Source: the human T2T-CHM13v2.0 reference genome, Homo sapiens
Direction: 5' to 3' (one strand)
Length of the DNA: 64,000 nucleotides
Assembly (NCBI RefSeq): GCF_009914755.1
Contig: NC_060948.1
Shown: piece by piece, positions 56,501 to 64,000 of the stretch
Position numbering within the stretch: the stretch's first letter is position 1
Layout: each line of letters opens with the position of its first letter
The notes under the pieces: generated by a model
What the model was told of the DNA's origin: nothing
The model's database searches: none
What the model saw: only the letters and a program-made list of their open reading frames with translations
Position numbers and translations under genes: made by a program

Positions 56501-57097
56501 TCGAATGGCATGGAATATAAAGAAATGGAATCGAAGAGAATGGAAACAAATGGAATGGAATTGAATGGAATGGAATTGAATGGAATGGGAACGAATGGAG
56601 TGAAATTGTATGCAGTAGAAGAGAATAGAATGGAATGCAAGCGAAAGGAAAGGAATGGATTGGAATGGAATGGAATTCATTGGAATGGAAGGGAATGTAG
56701 TGTAATGGACAGGCCTGGAATAAAGTGGAATGCTACGGTCTCGAATGGAATAAAAATGTATGGAATGGAATGCAATGAAACGGAATCGAATGTCATAGAA
56801 TGTAATGGAATGCAAAAAAATGGAATCCAAAATCATTGACTGGAAAGGCTGGGTGTCGAAAGGAATTGACTCCAATGGAATGGAATCGAATGGAATGGAA
56901 GTGAATAGAATCGAACTAAATCGAATGGAATGGAATTGATAGGAACGGAATGGAAAGGAATGCAATGATTTGGCATGGAATGGAATCGAATGGCATCGAA
57001 TGGAATGGAATGGAATGCAATGGAATGGAATGTATTAGAATGTAATGAACTTTAATGGAATGTACTCGAATGGATTCGACTGGAATGGAATGTTCTG
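53539..57097 (+). repeat. DYZ1 unit 16 (3559 bp), mosaic
   Basis: Marker ORF shifts 53598 to 57157. (GGAAT)4. Confidence 0.95.
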
Positions 57098-60000
57098 GAA
57101 GTGAATGGACTCCAATGGAATGGATTCAAAAGGAATGGAATCGTACGGAATGGAATCTAATGGAATGGAATTAAATGGAAATGAATCAAATTGAATAGCA
57201 CGGAATTGAATTGAATGGAATGGAATGCAATGGAATCTAATGAAACGGAAAGGAAAGGAATGGAATGGAATGGAATGGGCTGGAATGGAAAGGAATCGAA
57301 ACGAATGGAATGGAATCGAAGTGAAGAGACTGGAATGGAATGCACTGGAATGGAAGGGAGTGTAATGGAAGGTTCTCGAAAAAAATGGAATCGAATGGAA
57401 TGGAATTGAATGGAACGGAATAGAGTCGAATGGAATTGAATGGAATGGAATGGACTAGAGTGAAATGGAATCGAACCACAAGGAATGGACAGGAATAGAA
57501 TGGTCTCGAATTGAATGGAATCGTATGGAATGGCATCAAACGGAATGGAATGGACAGCCACGGAATGGAATGCACTCGAATGCAATGGAGTCGAAACAAA
57601 TGGACTGGAATAGAATGGACTCGACTGGTACGGACTCCAATGGAATGGAATCGAATGGAAGGGAATCGAACGGAAGGGAATCGAACGGAATGGACTCGAA
57701 GGGAAAAGACTGCAATGGAAAGGTCTCGAATGGAATGGAAATTAATGGAATGGAATGGAATCGAATGAAATGGAGTCAAAAGGAATGGAATCGAATGGCA
57801 AGAAATCGAATGTAATGGAATCGCCAGGAATTGATGTGAACGGAACGGAATGGAATGGAATCCAAAGGAATGGAATAGAATGGAATGGAATCGAATGGAA
57901 AGGACTCGAATGGAAATCACTCGAATAGAATGCAATTTAATAAAATAGGATCAAATGTAATGGAATGGAATGGAAAGGAATCGAAACGAAAGGAATGGAG
58001 ACAGATGGAATGGAATGGAACAGAGAGCAATGGTATAGAATGGAATGGAATCATCTGGAATGGAATTGAATGGAATGGAATAATATGAAATGGAATGGAA
58101 TGGAATGGAATGGAATGCCCTTGAATTAAATGGACTGGAATGGAATGGACTCAAACAGAGTGGAATGGAAAGTGTGGAGATAGAATGGAATGAACTCCTT
58201 TGGAATGGTGTAGTATGCAATGCAATCGACTGGCAGGGAATCAAAAGGAATGTAATCGAATGGATTGGACTGGAATGCAATGGACTCGAATAGATTGTAA
58301 ACGGAATGCAAAGGAATGGAATGGAATAGTATGGAATGCAATGGAAGGGAATGGAGTGGAATAGACTAGAGTGGAATGGAATGGACTGGAAAGCACTGGA
58401 CTGGAATGGAACTTTCTTGGATGGACTGGAATCAAACGGAATGGAATGCAATGCAATCAAATGGCATGGAATAAAATAGAATGAAAGAGAATCAAATGGA
58501 ATTGAATCGAATGGAATCGAATGGATTGGAAAGGAATAGAATGGAATGGAATGGAATTGACTCAAATGGAATGGACTAGAATGGAATGGATTCGAATGGA
58601 AGGCAAAGGAATGGAATCTATTGGAATGGACTGTAATGGAATGGAATGGAAGGGATTGGAATGGACTCGAATGGAATGGACTGCAATAGAAAGGATTCGA
58701 ATGGAATGAAAAAGAATTGAATGGAATAGAACAGAATGGAATCAAATCGAATGAAATGGAATGGAATAGAAAGGAATGGAATGAAATGGAATGGAAAGGA
58801 TTCGAATGGAATGCAATCGAATGGAATGGAATCGAACGGAATGGAATAAAATGGAAGAAAACTGGCAAGAAATGGAATCGAAATGAATGGAGTGTTATGG
58901 AACGGACTCAAAAGGAATTGAATGTAATAGAATGGAGTGGAGTGGACTCGAATATAATGGACTGGAATGGAATGAAATCACATGGAATGGGAACGAATGG
59001 AATGGAATGGAAAGGAATGGAATCGAATGGAAAGGAATCGAATGGAAGGGAATGAAATTGAATCAACACGAATGGAAGGGAATAGAATAGACTGTAATGG
59101 AATGGACTCGAATAGAATGGACACGAATGCTCAAATTAAATGGACTCGAATGGAATGGAAACGAAAGGAATGTCATCGAATGGAATTGAATCGATTGGAA
59201 TGAAATAGCATAGAATGGAGTGGAATCAAATGGAATTGAATCGAAAGGAAAGGAAGCGAATGGACTGAAATGAAATGGAATGGAATTGAATGGAAAGTAA
59301 TGCAATGGAATAGAATGGAACGAAATTTCACGGAATGGAATCAAACTGAATGGAATCAAATCAATGGAATCAAATCAAATGGAATGGAAAGGAATTGAAT
59401 GGAGTAGATGGGATTGGATGGGATTGGAATGAAATGTACTGGAAAGGACTCGAATTTCATGAAACGGAATGGAATGAATTGGAACGGAATGGACTCGAAT
59501 GGAATGGAATGTCATGGGATGGCATCAAATGGAATGGCATCAAATGGAATGGAATCGAATGCAATGGAATGCTATGGAATGGAATGGAATGCATTGGAAT
59601 GGAATGTCCTCTAATGGAATGGATTCGAGTGGAATGGAATTGAATATAATGGAGTCGAATGAAATGGAATTGAAAGGAATGGGATCGAATACAATGGAAT
59701 ATACTGGAATGTAACGTAATGAACTCGAATGTAATTGATTGGAATGGAATGTACATGAATGGAATGTAATCGAATGGAAAGTAATCCAATGGAATAGATT
59801 CTAATGCAATAAAATCGACTCAGATAGAGTAGAATGTAATGGAATGGAGTGCAGTGCAATGGAATGGAATGGAATGGAATGCAATGGAATGGAATGGAAT
59901 GGAATGGAATGGAATGGAATGGAATGGAATGGGATGGAATGGTATGGAATGGATAGTAATGGACTGGAGTGAAATGGACTGGAAAGGAATGGACTCAAAT

Positions 60001-60681
60001 TGAAAGGGCTCGAAAGGAATGGAGTCAAATGGAATGGTCTGGAATGGAATGAACACGAATGTAATGCAACCCAATAGAATGGAATCGAATGGCATGGAAT
60101 ATAAAGAAATGGAATCGAAGAGAATGGAAACAAAGGGAATGGAATTGAATGGAATGGAATTGAATGGAATGGGAACGAATGGAGTGAAATTGTATGCAGT
60201 AGAAGAGAATAGAATGGAATGCAAGCGAAAGGAAAGGAATGGATTGGAATGGAATGGAATTCATTGGAATGGAAGGGAATGTAGTGTAATGGACAGGCCT
60301 GGAATAAAGTGGAATGCTACGGTCTCGAATGGAATAAAAATGTATGGAATGGAATGCAATGAAACGGAATCGAATGTCATAGAATGTAATGGAATGCAAA
60401 AAAATGGAATCCAAAATCATTGACTGGAAAGGCTGGGTGTCGAAAGGAATTGACTCCAATGGAATGGAATCGAATGGAATGGAAGTGAATAGAATCGAAC
60501 TAAATCTAATGGAATGGAATTGATAGGAACGGAATGGAAAGGAATGCAATGATTTGGCATGGAATGGAATCGAATGGCATCGAATGGAATGGAATGGAAT
60601 GCAATGGAATGGAATGTATTAGAATGTAATGAACTTTAATGGAATGTACTCGAATGGATTCGACTGGAATGGAATGTTCTG
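57098..60681 (+). repeat. DYZ1 unit 17 (3584 bp), near-copy of unit 15
   Basis: ORF set as in unit 15 shifted by 7148 up to the pure tract. (GGAAT)9. Confidence 0.95.
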
Positions 60682-63600
60682 GAAGTGAATGGACTCCAAT
60701 GGAATGGATTCAAAAGGAATGGAATCGTACGGAATGGAATCTAATGGAATGGAATTAAATGGAAATGAATCAAATTGAATAGCACGGAATTGAATTGAAT
60801 GGAATGGAATGCAATGGAATCTAATGAAACGGAAAGGAAAGGAATGGAATGGAATGGAATGGGCTGGAATGGAAAGGAATCGAAACGAATGGAATGGAAT
60901 CGAAGTGAAGAGACTGGAATGGAATGCACTGGAATGGAAGGGAGTGTAATGGAAGGTTCTCGAAAAAAATGGAATCGAATGGAATGGAATTGAATGCAAC
61001 GGAATAGAGTCGAATGGAATTGAATGGAATGGAATGGACTAGAGTGAAATGGAATCGAACCACAAGGAATGGACAGGAATAGAATGGTCTCGAATTGAAT
61101 GGAATCGTATGGAATGGCATCAAACGGAATGGAATGGACAGCCACGGAATGGAATGCACTCGAATGCAATGGAGTCGAAACTAATGGACTGGAATAGAAT
61201 GGACTCGACTGGTACGGACTCCAATGGAATGGAATCGAATGGAAGGGAATCGAACGGAAGGGAATCGAACGGAATGGACTCGAAGGGAAAAGACTGCAAT
61301 GGAAAGGTCTCGAATGGAATGGAAATTAATGGAATGGAATGGAATCGAATGAAATGGAGTCAAAAGGAATGGAATCGAATGGCAAGAAATCGAATGTAAT
61401 GGAATCGCAAGGAATTGATGTGAACGGAACGGAATGGAATGGAATCCAAAGGAATGGAATAGAATGGAATGGAATCGAATGGAAAGGACTCGAATGGAAA
61501 TCACTCGAATAGAATGCAATTTAATAAAATAGGATCAAATGTAATGGAATGGAATGGAAAGGAATCGAAACGAAAGGAATGGAGACAGATGGAATGGAAT
61601 GGAACAGAGAGCAATGGTATAGAATGGAATGGAATCATCTGGAATGGAATTGAATGGAATGGAATAATATGAAATGGAATGGAATGGAATGGAATGGAAT
61701 GCCCTTGAATTAAATGGACTGGAATGGAATGGACTCAAACAGAGTGGAATGGAAAGTGTGGAGATAGAATGGAATGAACTCCTTTGGAATGGTGTAGTAT
61801 GCAATGCAATCGACTGGCAGGGAATCAAAAGGAATGTAATCGAATGGATTGGACTGGAATGCAATGGACTCGAATAGATTGTAAACGGAATGCAAAGGAA
61901 TGGAATGGAATAGTATGGAATGCAATGGAAGGGAATGGAGTGGAATAGACTAGAGTGGAATGGAATGGACTGGAAAGCAATGGACTGGAATGGAACTTTC
62001 TTGGATGGACTGGAATCAAACGGAATGGAATGCAGTGCAATCAAATGGCATGGAATAAAATAGAATGAAAGAGAATCAAATGGAATTGAATCGAATGGAA
62101 TCGAATGGATTGGAAAGGAATAGAATGGAATGGAATGGAATTGACTCAAATGGAATGGACTAGAATGGAATGGATTCGAACGGAAGGCAAAGGAATGGAA
62201 TCTATTGGAATGGACTGTAATGGAATGGAATGGAAGGGATTGGAATGGACTCGAATGGAATGGACTGCAATAGAAAGGATTCGAATGGAATGAAAAAGAA
62301 TTGAATGGAATAGAACAGAATGGAATCAAATCGAATGAAATGGAATGGAATAGAAAGGAATGGAATGAAATGGAATGGAAAGGATTCGAATGGAATGCAA
62401 TCGAATGGAATGGAATCGAACGGAATGGAATAAAATGGAAGAAAACTGGCAAGAAATGGAATCGAAATGAATGGAGTGTTATGGAACGGACTCAAAAGGA
62501 ATTGAATGTAATAGAATGGAGTGGAGTGGACTCGAATATAATGGACTGGAATGGAATGAAATCACATGGAATGGGAACGAATGGAATGGAATGGAAAGGA
62601 ATGGAATCGAATGGAAAGGAATCGAATGGAAGGGAATGAAATTGAATCAACACGAATGGAAGGGAATAGAATAGACTGTAATGGAATGGACTCGAATAGA
62701 ATGGACACGAATGCTCAAATTAAATGGACTCGAATGGAATGGAAACGAAAGGAATGTCATCGAATGGAATTGAATCGATTGGAATGAAATCGCATAGAAT
62801 GGAGTGGAATCAAATGGAATTGAATCGAAAGGAAAGGAAGCGAATGGACTGAAATGAAATGGAATGGAATTGAATGGAAAGTAATGCAATGGAATAGAAT
62901 GGAACGAAATTTCACGGAATGGAATCAAACTGAATGGAATCAAATCAATGGAATCAAATCAAATGGAATGGAAAGGAATTGAATGGAGTAGATGGGATTG
63001 GATGGGATTGGAATGAAATGTACTGGAAAGGACTCGAATTTCATGAAACGGAATGGAATGAATTGGAACGGAATGGACTCGAATGGAATGGAATGTCATG
63101 GGATGGCATCAAATGGAATGACATCAAATGGAATGGAATCGAATGCAATGGAATGCTATGGAATGGAATGGAATGCATTGGAATGGAATGTCCTCTAATG
63201 GAATGGATTCGAGTGGAATGGAATTGAATATAATGGAGTCGAATGAAATGGAATTGAAAGGAATGGGATCGAATACAATGGAATACACTGGAATGTAACG
63301 TAATGAACTCGAATGTAATTGACTGGAATGGAATGTACATGAATGGAATGTAATCGAATGGAAAGTAATCCAATGGAATAGAATCTAATGCAATAAAATC
63401 GACTCAGATAGAGTAGAATGTAATGGAATGGAGTGCAGTGCAATGGAATGGAATGGAATGGAATGCAATGGAATGCAATGGAATGGAATGGAATGGAATG
63501 GAATGGAATGGAATGGAATGGGATGGAATGGTATGGAATGGATAGTAATGGACTGGAGTGAAATGGACTGGAAAGGAATGGACTCAAATTGAAAGGGCTC

Positions 63601-64000
63601 GAAAGGAATGGAGTCAAATGGAATGGTCTGGAATGGAATGAACACGAATGTAATGCAACCCAATAGAATGGAATCGAATGGCATGGAATATAAAGAAATG
63701 GAATCGAAGAGAATGGAAACAAATGGAATGGAATTGAATGGAATGGAATTGAATGGAATGGGAACGAATGGAGTGAAATTGTATGCAGTAGAAGAGAATA
63801 GAATGGAATGCAAGCGAAAGGAAAGGAATGGATTGGAATGGAATGGAATTCATTGGAATGGAAGGGAATGTAGTGTAATGGACAGGCCTGGAATAAAGTG
63901 GAATGCTACGGTCTCGAATGGAATAAAAATGTATGGAATGGAATGCAATGAAACGGAATCGAATGTCATAGAATGTAATGGAATGCAAAAAAATGGAATC
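60682..64000 (+). repeat. DYZ1 unit 18 (partial, cut by window end)
   Basis: Marker ORF at 60741. The window ends inside the unit at gcaaaaaaatggaatc. Confidence 0.95.

Larger units (their letters stand above)
1..64000 (+). repeat. DYZ1: Human satellite 3 (HSat3) tandem array, DYZ1 (Yq12 heterochromatin) ~3.56 kb repeat
   Basis: Degenerate GGAAT pentamers throughout. Landmarks such as ggacaggcctggaataaagtgg, ggctgggtgtcg and gaagaaaactggcaag recur every 3554-3589 bp. I found one HaeIII (GGCC) and one EcoRI (GAATTC) site per unit. The reverse complement read from the HaeIII site (cctgtccattacactacattcccttccattccaatgaattcc...) matches my recollection of the published DYZ1 sequence, and unit lengths of 5n-1 fit the classical 3564-bp unit. 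Confidence 0.97.

Noticed and set aside
17894-57098. Identical 7148-bp spacing for unit pairs 6-8 and 15-17
   Set aside because: The sums come from different unit lengths (3569+3579 vs 3589+3559) and the pairs share few diagnostic alleles; it is a coincidence of 5-bp quantised lengths.
60-63988. Hundreds of ORFs (MEWNG-rich on +, FHSIP-rich on -), including 305-308 aa minus-strand ORFs such as 29454-30371
   Set aside because: Pure GGAAT/ATTCC repeats contain no stop codon, so long low-complexity ORFs are expected. Many listed starts are not ATG, frames open and close with single SNPs and 5-bp indels, and no domain is recognisable.
1-64000. CRISPR-like or repeat-spacer array
   Set aside because: There are no unique spacers between constant repeats and no cas genes; the sequence is contiguous tandem satellite.
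1-64000. Inversion, transposon insertion (Alu/L1) or DYZ2 (HSat1B) junction
   Set aside because: The GGAAT strand stays on + throughout, and every unit length is accounted for by indels of 30 bp or less, leaving no room for inserted sequence.

Overview
The whole 64 kb window is one uninterrupted, single-orientation tandem array of human satellite 3, built from degenerate (GGAAT)n on the + strand. It is organised as a ~3.55-3.59 kb repeat unit that I identify as the Y-chromosome Yq12 DYZ1 repeat. There are 17 complete units plus one partial unit, starting at 1, 3584, 7163, 10737, 14320, 17894, 21463, 25042, 28601, 32160, 35714, 39273, 42832, 46391, 49950, 53539, 57098 and 60682 (phase chosen arbitrarily at window position 1). 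I see no credible protein-coding gene, RNA gene, transposon or CRISPR array; all ORFs in the track are translation artefacts of the pentamer. I did not find a new gene-encoded system. What the sequence does show is (i) two perfect nGAAnnTTCnnGAAn heat-shock elements per unit, one invariant and one broken in 10 of 18 units by two independent substitutions, (ii) unit-length variation that six indel sites explain exactly, and (iii) multi-unit duplications, a homogenised block and mosaic units pointing to short-tract recombination or gene conversion. All comparisons were made by eye and with the ORF track, so variant lists may be incomplete.
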